Below are positions 37,342 to 46,775 of a stretch of 64,000 bases of DNA, in pieces. The stretch is from positions 4,069 to 68,068 of the forward strand of contig DATKVG010000103.1 of NCBI GenBank assembly GCA_035530195.1, read 5' to 3'. The DNA is from Candidatus Bathyarchaeia archaeon (GTDB lineage Bacteria; Hydrogenedentota; Hydrogenedentia; Hydrogenedentales; SLHB01). The notes beneath the pieces are model-generated. The model was not told the DNA's origin, did not search any database, and worked only from the letters and a program-made list of their open reading frames with translations. How positions within the stretch are numbered: the first letter of the stretch is position 1; every line of letters starts with the position of its first letter. Made by a program: the position numbers and the translations under genes.

Positions 37342-38142
37342 ATGGCAAAGCCGGTCGCGTTTGCGGTGGGTGCACACCCGGACGACATCGAGTTTATGAT
37401 GGCGGGCACGTTGTTGATGCTGGGCCGGGCGGGGTATGAACTGCACACGATGAACATCTGCAACGGCTCGTGCGGAACCGCCGTCGAGGATCGCGAGGCC
37501 ATCATCGCCCGCAGAACCGCCGAGGCCCGCGAGGCCGCTCGCTCGCTCGGCGCGCATTTCCACGAGCCGCTGGTGGACGATATCGATCTGTTTTACGAGC
37601 CGGGCGTCCTGCATCGGGTCGCGGCAGTCGTGCGGGACGTGAAACCGGCCGTGCTGCTGACGGCCTCACCGCAGGATTACATGGAAGACCACATGACGGC
37701 GTCGCGCGTGGCGGTGACGGCGGCGTTCTGCCGGGGCATGCGCAATTTTCCAACCGACCCGCCGCGCCCGCCCATCGACGTCGAGGTGACGGTGTACCAC
37801 GCCCTGCCCTGGGGGTTGAGCGACAGCCTCAGGCGTGTTGTCCGCGCCGGTCAGTACGTGGATATCGCGCCGGTGCTTGAACAGAAACGGGCCGCGCTGG
37901 CGTGTCACAAAAGCCAGAAGGAATGGCTCGACTCGAGCCAGGGGCTCGACAGCTACCTGACCACGATGGAAGAAATGAGCCGCGAGGTCGGCAAACAGTC
38001 GGGCCAATTCGAGTACGCCGAGGGATGGCGGCGTCATCTGCACCTGGGTTTTTGCTCGGAGGCGGCCGACCCGCTTTCCGAGGCGGTTGGCAAACACGGA
38101 ATCATATCGCGGGCCTACGAGGACGGCCCGAACAGGGCTTGA
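37342..38142 (+). CDS. PIG-L/LmbE-family N-acetylglucosaminyl deacetylase
   Basis: The AHPDDIE metal-binding motif sits near the N-terminus. Length and fold fit the LmbE family. Confidence 0.8.
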   Translation: MAKPVAFAVGAHPDDIEFMMAGTLLMLGRAGYELHTMNICNGSCGTAVEDREAIIARRTAEAREAARSLGAHFHEPLVDDIDLFYEPGVLHRVAAVVRDVKPAVLLTASPQDYMEDHMTASRVAVTAAFCRGMRNFPTDPPRPPIDVEVTVYHALPWGLSDSLRRVVRAGQYVDIAPVLEQKRAALACHKSQKEWLDSSQGLDSYLTTMEEMSREVGKQSGQFEYAEGWRRHLHLGFCSEAADPLSEAVGKHGIISRAYEDGPNRA

Positions 38143-38180
38143 CGCGCGTCCGCGCGCGCCGACGCGCGTCCGCGCGCGCC
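38141..38180. repeat. perfect 2 x 20-bp tandem duplication GACGCGCGTCCGCGCGCGCC between the LmbE-like and NagB-like genes
   Basis: Read directly. Each unit contains the palindromes GACGCGCGTC and CGCGCGCG. Confidence 0.75.
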
Positions 38181-38194
38181 GAAAGGAGAAACCA

Positions 38195-39151
38195 ATGGCT
38201 ATCGATTTGATCGGCACCATCAAGGGATCGCTGCTCGAGGGCTATTTCCCGGCAGGGTGGGATCTGAAAAAGCTCAACAAAATCTGCGCGCAACCGCCGG
38301 GAAAAGCCACCGCCCGCGAGAAATGGTGGAACAGGAGCTTCACGCCGATCCCGTGCGACTCGCTCGAGGATTTCAACATCATGCTTGGCCACGAAATCGC
38401 GCTCGAGATCGCCAACGCGGCCAAAGCCGGGCACGAAATCGTATTCATCCTGCCGGTCGGGCCGATGGGCATGTACCGCTGGGTGGTGTTCTTCCTGAAA
38501 GAATGGAACGTGGGCTGCCGGCACGTCCACGGGTTCAACATGGATGAGTGGAGCGACCACGCCGGCAACACACTCCCCGGCGACAACCCCGGCGCGTTCC
38601 AGAACGCCATGGAACAGGCGTTCTACGGCCCGCTGGGCAAGTTGACGGTGCCCAAAAACCAGCGCCATTTCGCCACGCGCCGCCAACTGCCCAAGTACGG
38701 CGGCCAAATCAGGGCGCTCAAAGACAAAGGCGCGCGGCTGGTGACGGTGTTCGGGATCGGGCGCGCGTGCCACATCGCGTTTTGGGAGCCCCATTTCGCC
38801 GCCGAGTTCAAGTCGGTGAACGAGTGGAAGGCGCAGGAATACCGGCTCGGCGCGATGCTTCATCCGATGACGATCGAGCAAAACGCCATCACCAGTTTCA
38901 AGAGCCGGACCACGCTCGTCCCCACAACGGCCAACACGGTCGGGCCGGGGCTGTTCCTCAAGTCCGACAAGATCATCGGCGGGGCCGACGGCGCGCTCGG
39001 GCGCGGCATGATGTGGCAAGGCATGTCGTTGTGGATGACGCTGCACCACGCCCCCACGCCCTGGATCCCAAGCACGTTCATGCCAACGCTGGCCGGCAAG
39101 CTGTTTTTCCTTAAAGAACTCGCCGGCCCCCTTGAACCTGAATGCAATTAA
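38195..39151 (+). CDS. glucosamine-6-phosphate deaminase/isomerase-family protein (NagB/SOL-like)
   Basis: The GFNMDEW motif (NagB TFNMDEY equivalent) and a Rossmann-like sugar-phosphate isomerase fold are present. AAAGGAGA RBS. Confidence 0.7.
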   Translation: MAIDLIGTIKGSLLEGYFPAGWDLKKLNKICAQPPGKATAREKWWNRSFTPIPCDSLEDFNIMLGHEIALEIANAAKAGHEIVFILPVGPMGMYRWVVFFLKEWNVGCRHVHGFNMDEWSDHAGNTLPGDNPGAFQNAMEQAFYGPLGKLTVPKNQRHFATRRQLPKYGGQIRALKDKGARLVTVFGIGRACHIAFWEPHFAAEFKSVNEWKAQEYRLGAMLHPMTIEQNAITSFKSRTTLVPTTANTVGPGLFLKSDKIIGGADGALGRGMMWQGMSLWMTLHHAPTPWIPSTFMPTLAGKLFFLKELAGPLEPECN

Positions 39152-39196
39152 TTCGGTAGGTCCGAAATTATTTCGGGCCTACAGAGGAGGATCACG

Positions 39197-40390
39197 ATGA
39201 CCGAGCGGGATCTGTTTCGCGTACGGATAGCGTTGGTGCAGGCGTTCCTGCGCGACCACCAATACGACGGCGTGCTGCTGTCGCGGGTGGATAACTTCGC
39301 CACGGCCACCGGCGGCAAGCGCAACTACGTCTACATTATGGGCGACATCGGGGTATGCTCGCTGTTCGTTACCGCCGCTGGCGACGTCTACTACGTCGGC
39401 ACCAATATCGAAGAGGCCAGGGTGTTGGAAGAGGAACTGGCGGGGCTTGGGTGCAAAAGCCGCCGGTTCCTTTGGTTTGAAACCAACGCCGCCGAGGTGG
39501 TCCGGCGCGAGTTCCGCGGCAACTTCGTGTCCGACGACGGGTCGCTGGGCAAGAACGTCCACGACGAGATGGCCTACGTCCGCTCGCTGTTGACGCCGGA
39601 CGAACTCGAGAAGTACCGGCGGCTGGGAACGCTGGCCGCGGAAGCCATGACGGCCGCGGTCGGGTCAGTCGAGCCGGGCATGCCGGAGTGGGACATCGCG
39701 GCGCGGCTCGTGGCGGAAGGGACGAAGCGGCGGTGCCTCGTGCCCGTATCGCTCATTGCGGCTGACGAGAGGATCGCCAAGTACCGCCACCCCATCCCGA
39801 CCGAACAACCCCTGCTCAGGGCCGATACCTCCGAACGCCCGGTTCACGGGTACGTGATGATCGTCGGCTGTTTCTGGAAGGAGGGTTTGGTGGCGTCGAT
39901 AACGCGGTTCCGGCAAGTCGGCGACATCCCGGCGTCGATCCACGACGCCTACGCCCGCGTGGCCGGCGTCGACGCGCTGATGCAGGAAGCCAGCGAGCCC
40001 GGCAAGACGCTGGGCGACGTGTTCTCCGCGTGCCAGGAGGCCTATGCGCGGCTGGGATTCCCGGCCAACGAGTGGCACAACCACCACCAAGGCGGGACCG
40101 CCGGGTACGCCGGCAGGACATGCAAAGCCACGCCCGGCGAGCCGTTTCCGATCCTCGAAAAAGGGTGGAGCGAGCGTGTCAAGGAAATTTCGGGCGTTTC
40201 CGTCGAGTTTGGGCAGGCGTTTGCCTGGAATCCGTCGGCGGTGGGAGTCAAGTCGGAAGATACGTTCATCTTGATGCCGGACGGGCGGAAGGAGATCGTG
40301 ACTACTACGCCCACATTGCCGCGGGTTGACCTCGAGGCGGTGCTGGGACGAAAAACAACCGTGACTAAATCGGGCATCGCCGGCCCCTGA
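39197..40390 (+). CDS. M24-family metallopeptidase (Xaa-Pro dipeptidase/creatinase-like)
   Basis: N-terminal creatinase-like domain and a pita-bread fold with HHQGGTAGY metal ligands. Confidence 0.75.
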   Translation: MTERDLFRVRIALVQAFLRDHQYDGVLLSRVDNFATATGGKRNYVYIMGDIGVCSLFVTAAGDVYYVGTNIEEARVLEEELAGLGCKSRRFLWFETNAAEVVRREFRGNFVSDDGSLGKNVHDEMAYVRSLLTPDELEKYRRLGTLAAEAMTAAVGSVEPGMPEWDIAARLVAEGTKRRCLVPVSLIAADERIAKYRHPIPTEQPLLRADTSERPVHGYVMIVGCFWKEGLVASITRFRQVGDIPASIHDAYARVAGVDALMQEASEPGKTLGDVFSACQEAYARLGFPANEWHNHHQGGTAGYAGRTCKATPGEPFPILEKGWSERVKEISGVSVEFGQAFAWNPSAVGVKSEDTFILMPDGRKEIVTTTPTLPRVDLEAVLGRKTTVTKSGIAGP

Positions 40391-40402
40391 AAAGGCACAC
40401 AT

Positions 40403-41746
40403 ATGGAACACGTCAAGAAGATCCGGATTGACCTCGAAACCGCACTGGCCGCCTTGCCGTGGGTCGACGTCCACACCCACATCGATGCCGCCCACCTGTC
40501 CGCACGCGGGCTCGACGACATCCTTCTCTACCACATGTCGATCAGCGACCTGTACGCCGCCGGATGCGGATGCGGCGCACGGCTCAGCGAAAATAGAACC
40601 GAAGACGAAGCCGTCTCCCGCCTCGAACAGGCCGTTCCATACCTGCCCAAGACGTTCAACACGTTCATCGCGTGGGGCATCAGGATCATCCTCGAGGACC
40701 TGTACGGCTGGCGCGAACCCGTCACACGGGACAACTGGCGCCGGCTGCACGCCCTGATCGCCGAACGCAGAGACGACCCCACATGGCCGCGCGAAATACT
40801 CAAGCGGGCGGGAATTGTCCGGTCGGCTACGGAACTGTGGCGCGGCCGCGATGGATCCGCCGACGACCTGTTCGATTACAGCCTCGAATGGGCGTTTTTC
40901 TCGCGCACCCAGTGCGGCCAGCCCGATATACCCCTGTACGAACTCGAACGGGCCTGGGCCGAAACTAAACCCGGCATACCACTCCCCGTCACGTTCGACC
41001 GGGCCGACGCGCCGCCCCTCCCGCGAACAATCTGCAACCTCGACGACCTGCACGAAGCCGTCAGCCATTACGCCGGGCTTATCCCCTACGGAAAAGTCTT
41101 CTCGACCGCCACGCATTTCTCGACCGAGATCGATTATGCCCCCGTCACCGACGCCGCGATGTCCGAGGCCCTGCGGCTCAGAGATGTCGCGACCGACAAG
41201 CAGCGCGATGTCTACGCCAGCTACATCACCCACGCCCTGCTCGACGCGCTTTCCCCGCACGGGAGCGAAATGGCGTTCCAGTTTTCGCTGGGCGCCGAGC
41301 CGTTGCCCCACGAATCCGCCAGTCTCCTCAGGCAGCGCACCATCGGCCAGTTGGCAGAACTGATCAACCGGTTCCCAAGCGTGCGGTTCGTCTGTTTTCT
41401 CTCGAGCCGGCACGCCAACCAATCCCTGTGCACCCTCGCTCGAGAACTGCCCAACCTCTCACTCGCCGGATATTGGTGGCACAACTTCTTCCCCGGAGCT
41501 ATCCGCCACGTGTTCGACGAGCGGCTCGACATGCTGCCCCTCAACAAGCAAATCGGCTTTTTCAGCGACGCCTACTGCGCCGACTGGGCTTACGCCAAGG
41601 CTGTCCTAGTGCGGAAACTCATGGCCGAAGTCCTGGCGAACAGGATCGATTCAGGCCAGTACAGTTTCGACGACGCCGTCAACATCTCGCGCACCCTCGT
41701 CTACAACACGCCCCTCGAGGTGCTGGGAATCCGCCTGAAAAAATAG
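40403..41746 (+). CDS. uxaC: glucuronate (uronate) isomerase-family protein
   Basis: The N-terminal VDVHTHID HxH motif and C-terminal ARELPNLSLAGYWWHNFFPG align well with the UxaC signature ARAFPNVYVGAPWWFNDSP. Confidence 0.65.
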   Translation: MEHVKKIRIDLETALAALPWVDVHTHIDAAHLSARGLDDILLYHMSISDLYAAGCGCGARLSENRTEDEAVSRLEQAVPYLPKTFNTFIAWGIRIILEDLYGWREPVTRDNWRRLHALIAERRDDPTWPREILKRAGIVRSATELWRGRDGSADDLFDYSLEWAFFSRTQCGQPDIPLYELERAWAETKPGIPLPVTFDRADAPPLPRTICNLDDLHEAVSHYAGLIPYGKVFSTATHFSTEIDYAPVTDAAMSEALRLRDVATDKQRDVYASYITHALLDALSPHGSEMAFQFSLGAEPLPHESASLLRQRTIGQLAELINRFPSVRFVCFLSSRHANQSLCTLARELPNLSLAGYWWHNFFPGAIRHVFDERLDMLPLNKQIGFFSDAYCADWAYAKAVLVRKLMAEVLANRIDSGQYSFDDAVNISRTLVYNTPLEVLGIRLKK

Positions 41747-42013
41747 AACAGGATATCTCCGGACGCTGCCCTTATCGCGCCGCCGCAATGCCTTAACCTG
41801 AGACTCCTTCCTATACTCGCGGTGACGTAATCCCGAAGGGATGTGGGTGCCATAGCCGGGGGTGCGGGAGCGCGAGTCTTCGAGTGCGACCAAACCCCCG
41901 GTAGCGACGCCCCCCGCGTTATAGCCCCGCAAGGGGCGCAGGACCTTTACAGGGACGTGGTTTGGTTGTGCCGTCCGTGGATCCGGAACGTAGGTTGCCC
42001 TACCATATTTCCG

Positions 42014-42592
42014 TCAGGCGATTTCTTTAGCGTTCTTGACGATTTTGGATACCAGCCCGTATTGGACGGCTTCTTCGGCGGACATCCAGAAGTCGCGGTC
42101 GCTGTCGACGGCCACTTTATCGATGGGCTGGCCGGTTTCCTCGGAGATGAGGTTGTTGATCCGCTCGCGGATTTTCAGGATTTCCTGCGCCGTGATGCGG
42201 ATGTCCGAGGCGACGCCGGCGGCGCCCGTGCTCGGCTGGTGCATCATGAAGCGCGTGTTGGGCAGGGTGTAGCGGTCCTGCCGAACCGCCGAGAGCATAA
42301 TCGGCACGCCCATGCTGGCCACGAACCCCGCACCGATACAGATCACCTTCGATTCCACGTACCGCAGGATGTCGTAAATGGCAAACCCCACGTCCACCAT
42401 CCCGCCGGGCGTGGTTACCAGTACGCGGATCGGGTCGTGCGAGTCCGAGTCCAGCACCAGCGCCTGCGTGATGACGCGTTCCCCGAGATCCTCTTCGAGG
42501 GGGCCGTTGATGAGAATCGTGCGCGCCTTCAACAGCTTGGCGCTGATGATACCAACTCCCCGTTCTTCTTTTTCTTCGTCGGGACAAGGCAT
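42014..42592 (-). CDS. clpP: ATP-dependent Clp protease proteolytic subunit
   Basis: 192 aa with the ClpP Ser-His-Asp triad context (GFVASMG, MHQP). Confidence 0.9.
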   Translation of the reverse strand: MPCPDEEKEERGVGIISAKLLKARTILINGPLEEDLGERVITQALVLDSDSHDPIRVLVTTPGGMVDVGFAIYDILRYVESKVICIGAGFVASMGVPIMLSAVRQDRYTLPNTRFMMHQPSTGAAGVASDIRITAQEILKIRERINNLISEETGQPIDKVAVDSDRDFWMSAEEAVQYGLVSKIVKNAKEIA

Positions 42593-42663
42593 GGTTATTC
42601 CCTCGTTATCGTTTCATAACAAATCGCAGTATTTTGCCATTCCGCCCCGGAACCGGTCAAAAA

Positions 42664-42687
42664 AGTCCGGAGTCCGGAGTCCGGAGG
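42664..42687. repeat. 3 x 7-bp tandem repeat AGTCCGG upstream of clpP
   Basis: Read directly as agtccgg agtccgg agtccgg agg. Confidence 0.6.
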
Positions 42688-42815
42688 AACTGCAGATTTC
42701 GGATTGCGGATGAACTGCTGAGACGGAAACCGATAGGCAGTCCCAGTTGTCCCAAAGATCAAATCTGCCTCCGCCTGAATCGACAACATCCTGCTAATCC
42801 CGTTATCCTGTCGAA

Positions 42816-44861
42816 ATGAAGAGTCTGGACTCCCCCGTCGAAACCCTCTCGGGCATCGGCCCAAAACGCGCGGGCCTGCTGGCCAACCTGGGAATCGCCA
42901 CGTTGCGCGACCTGTTGTTCCACCTGCCGCGCGACTACCAGGACAGACGTCACATCACGCCGATTGCCGAAGCGCGCGAAGGCCAAACGGTGACGGTCGA
43001 GGTGGAGGTGGTGCGCGCGCGGCAGGTCCGGCTGCGTGGCCGGATGTCGTTGGCGGTGGTGACGTTGCGCGACGCGTCGGGCGAGATGCAGGCAACGTGG
43101 TTCGGCCGGGGGTTCCTCGCGAAGGCGTTCGTGGCGGGCGCGCGGGGGCTGTTCACGGGGCCGGTGGGCAAATACAAGGGCCCCGCGCTGAAAAACCCGG
43201 ACTACGAGATGTTGTCCGGCGACGAGGAAGACCGCCTGCACACAGGCCGGATCGTGCCCATCTACCGGCTCACGGAGAAGGTGACCCAGCGGATGTTGCG
43301 CCGCTGGGCGTGGGAAGCCCTGAACGCGTTCGGCCCGGAACTGGACGAGCCGCTGCCCGGACGCCTGCGCGCGAAATACAAGTTCCCGGAGGTCGGCCAG
43401 GCCATCCGCACGGCCCATTTCCCGGACGAAATCGAGCTGGCCGAGAAAGCCCGTGCTCGATTTGCCTACGAGGAGCTTCTGGAAATTCAGCTTGGCGTGC
43501 TCGGTGAGCGGGCGCAACGGCTCCACGAGGAAAAGGGCATCCGGCACACTACAGACGGCCCGCTGTTGGCGGCGTTCCGCGAATCCCTGCCGTACAAATT
43601 GACCTCGGCCCAAGCCCGCGCCGTGGACGACATCCTGGCCGACCTCGAGTCGCCGCGGCCGATGTTGCGGCTGGTTCAGGGCGACGTGGGCAGCGGCAAA
43701 ACCGTCGTGGCGCTCCACGCGATCGCGGCCGCCGCCGACGGCGCGTACCAGACCGCCGTCATGGCGCCGACGGAAGTGCTCGCCGAACAGCATTTCCTGG
43801 TGTTGCGCGAGATGCTCGAACCGCTGGGCCTATGGGTGGAACTGCTGACGGGATCGATACGCGGCTCGGCGGCAGTGCGGCGGCGCATTCACCGCGGCGA
43901 GGCCCACGTCATCGTCGGTACGCACGCGCTTATCCAGGAAAAGACCGAGTTCAAGCGGCTCGGGCTCGTCATTATTGACGAACAGCACCGGTTCGGCGTG
44001 TACCAGCGCAGCGAACTTGCCGCAAAGGGCACCAACCCCGACGTCCTCCACATGACGGCCACGCCCATCCCGCGCACCCTTGCCATCACCGTGTACGGCG
44101 GGATGGACATCACCGTCATCGACGAGATGCCGCCGGGCCGGCTGCCGGTCAAGACACGTCGAGTGCCTGTCGACAAAATCCCGGACCTCTACACCTACGT
44201 CGCCGAGCGGGCGCGCGAACACCTCCAGACGTACTATGTCTGCCCGCTCGTCGAGGAAAGCGACAAACGCGAGCTCGCCGCCGTCACCACGCATTTCCAG
44301 GAGCTGTCGGCCGGCCCGTTTTCGGATCTGCGCACGGCCCTGATGCACGGGCGGCTCGATCCGGATGAAAAAGACCGCATCATGCGCGAATTCAAGCAGG
44401 GCCGGATCGACGTGCTGTTCAGCACGACCGTGATCGAAGTCGGTGTCGACATCCCCAATGCTACCACCATGGTGATTGAAGACGCCTCGCAGTTCGGCCT
44501 CACCCAGCTTCACCAGTTGCGGGGCCGCGTCGGGCGTGGCAACGTGCAGTCCTACTGTTTTCTCTTGGGAACGCCGAAGACGGAGGATGGGGCGCGCCGC
44601 CTTGAAATTATGTGCAAAACAACCAGCGGGTTTGAAATTGCCGAGGAAGACCTCAAACTCCGCGGGCCCGGAGAGTTCTACGGCGTCCGGCAGGCCGGGC
44701 TGAGCGACCTTCGCGCCGCGGACCTCGTCCGCGACGGGCGCCTACTCGACCACGCCCGGCGCGACGCCCAGGATATCCTCCAACGCGACCCGGCGCTGGC
44801 CGAGCCGCAGAACGCCCTGCTCGCCCAACGCGCCACCAGGTTCCGCCAGATGCTGGCCTAG
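42816..44861 (+). CDS. recG: ATP-dependent DNA helicase RecG
   Basis: N-terminal wedge/OB domain, helicase motif I (GDVGSGKT), DEQH box and a C-terminal helicase domain. 681 aa. Confidence 0.9.
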   Translation: MKSLDSPVETLSGIGPKRAGLLANLGIATLRDLLFHLPRDYQDRRHITPIAEAREGQTVTVEVEVVRARQVRLRGRMSLAVVTLRDASGEMQATWFGRGFLAKAFVAGARGLFTGPVGKYKGPALKNPDYEMLSGDEEDRLHTGRIVPIYRLTEKVTQRMLRRWAWEALNAFGPELDEPLPGRLRAKYKFPEVGQAIRTAHFPDEIELAEKARARFAYEELLEIQLGVLGERAQRLHEEKGIRHTTDGPLLAAFRESLPYKLTSAQARAVDDILADLESPRPMLRLVQGDVGSGKTVVALHAIAAAADGAYQTAVMAPTEVLAEQHFLVLREMLEPLGLWVELLTGSIRGSAAVRRRIHRGEAHVIVGTHALIQEKTEFKRLGLVIIDEQHRFGVYQRSELAAKGTNPDVLHMTATPIPRTLAITVYGGMDITVIDEMPPGRLPVKTRRVPVDKIPDLYTYVAERAREHLQTYYVCPLVEESDKRELAAVTTHFQELSAGPFSDLRTALMHGRLDPDEKDRIMREFKQGRIDVLFSTTVIEVGVDIPNATTMVIEDASQFGLTQLHQLRGRVGRGNVQSYCFLLGTPKTEDGARRLEIMCKTTSGFEIAEEDLKLRGPGEFYGVRQAGLSDLRAADLVRDGRLLDHARRDAQDILQRDPALAEPQNALLAQRATRFRQMLA

Positions 44862-44919
44862 TTGGGACGCCTACATCACAATGACGGACCGTCCCTGTGG
44901 TTGATTGTTGACAACCGTG

Positions 44920-44931
44920 CTATAATGTAGG
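44920..44931 (+). promoter_or_regulatory. candidate extended -10 promoter (TGcTATAAT) for the 44974 gene
   Basis: gtgctataat carries a TGn extension. An upstream TTGACA is only 7 nt away, so no canonical -35 exists at 17-nt spacing. Confidence 0.3.
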
Positions 44932-44973
44932 AGGGAAAGGTGGAGATCGAGGCGTAGTGAGGGAACCATTACG

Positions 44974-45546
44974 ATGAAAACGACCAGAGTTTTGGCAGGA
45001 CTTGCCGCGGTTGCGGCGGCCTTGATAATTGCCGGGGGGGCATTTGCGCAGACAGCCAACGCCGCCTACGACCAAGCCGCGGGTGAGGCCGTAAAACAAG
45101 CCAGGCCGGCAGATACAGCCGTAGTCACGTTTGTGGGGCGCGGCAACCGGGCAGTGGAAGTCGGTAAAGACGGTACCATAACAGAATTTACGCCTGACAA
45201 ACTCGTTCTCCGAAACCGGGGCAAACGTATGATGCAGTTGCCGGCCCCGCCCGCGCCCGTACCCGCCAAACCGGACGTTCAACCAAACCTTGTGGAAGAA
45301 GCCCAAAAAGCCGCCAGAGAAGAGGGCGAGAAAGCCGTACAGGAGGCGCTAAAAGAAGCCGACGTCAAATCCATCGAGGAAATGAGAAAAAGCCGGTACA
45401 TGTGGTTTTTCGACGAGACCGGCAAAGTCATGACCCAAGAAGAACTGGACCGCCGCGTCGCCGACAAGAACGTGGCCGGCATCAAAGCCATGAACGACGA
45501 CCGGGACGAGTGGACTCCCCGAAGCGCTAAATCCGAGCAAAAGTAA
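44974..45546 (+). CDS. secreted hypothetical protein
   Basis: Signal peptide (MKTTRVLAGLAAVAAALIIAGGAFAQ) and a charged, coiled-coil-like C-terminus. An extended -10 promoter lies upstream and a hairpin terminator downstream. Confidence 0.55.
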   Translation: MKTTRVLAGLAAVAAALIIAGGAFAQTANAAYDQAAGEAVKQARPADTAVVTFVGRGNRAVEVGKDGTITEFTPDKLVLRNRGKRMMQLPAPPAPVPAKPDVQPNLVEEAQKAAREEGEKAVQEALKEADVKSIEEMRKSRYMWFFDETGKVMTQEELDRRVADKNVAGIKAMNDDRDEWTPRSAKSEQK

Positions 45547-45589
45547 CCTGTAGTCCCAGCCCAATAAGACCATCTTTTCCGCGGCGAAT

Positions 45590-45635
45590 TCCCCGCCAAA
45601 GGGAACGCATCCGAACCCGGGGTTTTGTCTGTTCT
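45590..45635 (+). terminator. GC-rich hairpin plus U-tract downstream of the 44974-45546 gene
   Basis: ccccgccaaagggaacgcatccgaacccgggg followed by ttttgtctgttctg. Confidence 0.4.
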
Positions 45636-46094
45636 GAGTTGTTTTCATACGTCCATCCGGGGGACCTATCTTGATCTGGCCGCAGATGAGTCCCGGCATG
45701 GATGGTTTGATAATAACCCAGGAGGACACCCCTGGGGAAAAGGATTGCCATTAGCGGAAAGTCCCGTAAGGGACGACTGAAATCGTCCGTGTAAAAGTGG
45801 TCTGGGCGTTCCTGGAGTTGTGATGTCGCCCAACGCCGCCGTCGCCGCGCGACGTCCTTGTCGTGCCACGTCACCGTCGACCCAATGAAGCGGCGAGGAC
45901 GCCGCTTCCACAAGCGCACCATGGCAAGAATTGTAAAGACCCGCGCTTTGCTGACGCGGGCCCAGCCATGTTTGATTTTCTTTTTCTGACGCGGCTTCGG
46001 GCGTAAAATGTGGCCCGACATGAGGAGTGGCGTCTGGTGTGTTGTCTGTCGTATTGGGTGGCGCTGTTTCTTTGACGCCACCCGGTGGAGCGCA

Positions 46095-46334
46095 ATGGGA
46101 ACACCGGGCAAAAGTTCGTCTTCGGGCGTCGCGCAAGGGCTGGCCCTGGTGACGGAACTCGGGCTGTCGATCGGCATCCCGATAACCCTGGGCGCCCTGC
46201 TTGGCGACTACCTGGAGCAACGCTATGGCGGACGCCGCGGGCTGCTTTTTGCGGTTGTTTTCCTCCTCGGCATTGGAGCGGGCTTATACAACGGCTACCG
46301 GTTGCTGCGCCACGCGGTGGAATCGACCAAATGA
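46095..46334 (+). CDS. atpZ: AtpZ/AtpI-family small membrane protein (putative F0F1 accessory subunit)
   Basis: The ATG at 46095 follows GGTGGAG. It encodes 79 aa with two TM helices, at the head of the atp operon. The upstream extension in the ORF track was rejected. Confidence 0.6.
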   Translation: MGTPGKSSSSGVAQGLALVTELGLSIGIPITLGALLGDYLEQRYGGRRGLLFAVVFLLGIGAGLYNGYRLLRHAVESTK

Positions 46335-46388
46335 AGATACCTTTTGTTGAGCGTCGGACCCCGGCCCCACCCACCCGGCTTTCCCGCC

Positions 46389-46751
46389 ATGAATAATTTC
46401 CGAAACCGGTTTTGCCGCCTTTCGGTTTTATTACTGGCCGGCGCTTTCCTAGTGTTGCTGCCGTTGAGCCGTGCGGCGGCCGCGGGCCTTTTTGTGGGTG
46501 GCGCGGCCAACTTGATCGTGCAGCTCGGCCGGATCAGGGCGCTCCGCCTTGCAGGGGGTTCTGTCAATGGTATAAAGTGGAGTACAACTACTTGGGGGAT
46601 TTTAGGTTGGGCCGTGTACGCGGCCGTTTTTTACATTGGGTACAAGTTTGGCGACGGTCGGGCCGCAGGCATTTTGGGCACGGCGGCCGGTTTAATGATA
46701 CCTCTGGCGGTGATGGTCTACACAGGCGCGACCGAAACGGCGGCTTCTTAG
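46389..46751 (+). CDS. atpI: ATP synthase protein I-like membrane protein
   Basis: 120 aa with four TM helices, located between atpZ and atpB. Start MNNFRNRF. Confidence 0.55.
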   Translation: MNNFRNRFCRLSVLLLAGAFLVLLPLSRAAAAGLFVGGAANLIVQLGRIRALRLAGGSVNGIKWSTTTWGILGWAVYAAVFYIGYKFGDGRAAGILGTAAGLMIPLAVMVYTGATETAAS

Positions 46752-46775
46752 CCGCGTTAGGCCGCACGGGTTGAA

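Noticed and set aside
39665-41422. 585-aa minus-strand ORF across the M24 and uxaC-like genes
   Set aside because: It is antisense to two CDSs that carry recognisable motifs.
42759-43793. 344-aa minus-strand ORF inside recG
   Set aside because: It is antisense to recG.
45741-45790. GGAAAGUCCC segment resembling RNase P RNA conserved region I
   Set aside because: The downstream sequence does not continue the RNase P consensus (GGGCUCC...). No CR-IV (AGGGUGAAA) or CR-V (ACAGAAACCCGGCUUA) was found anywhere in the window.
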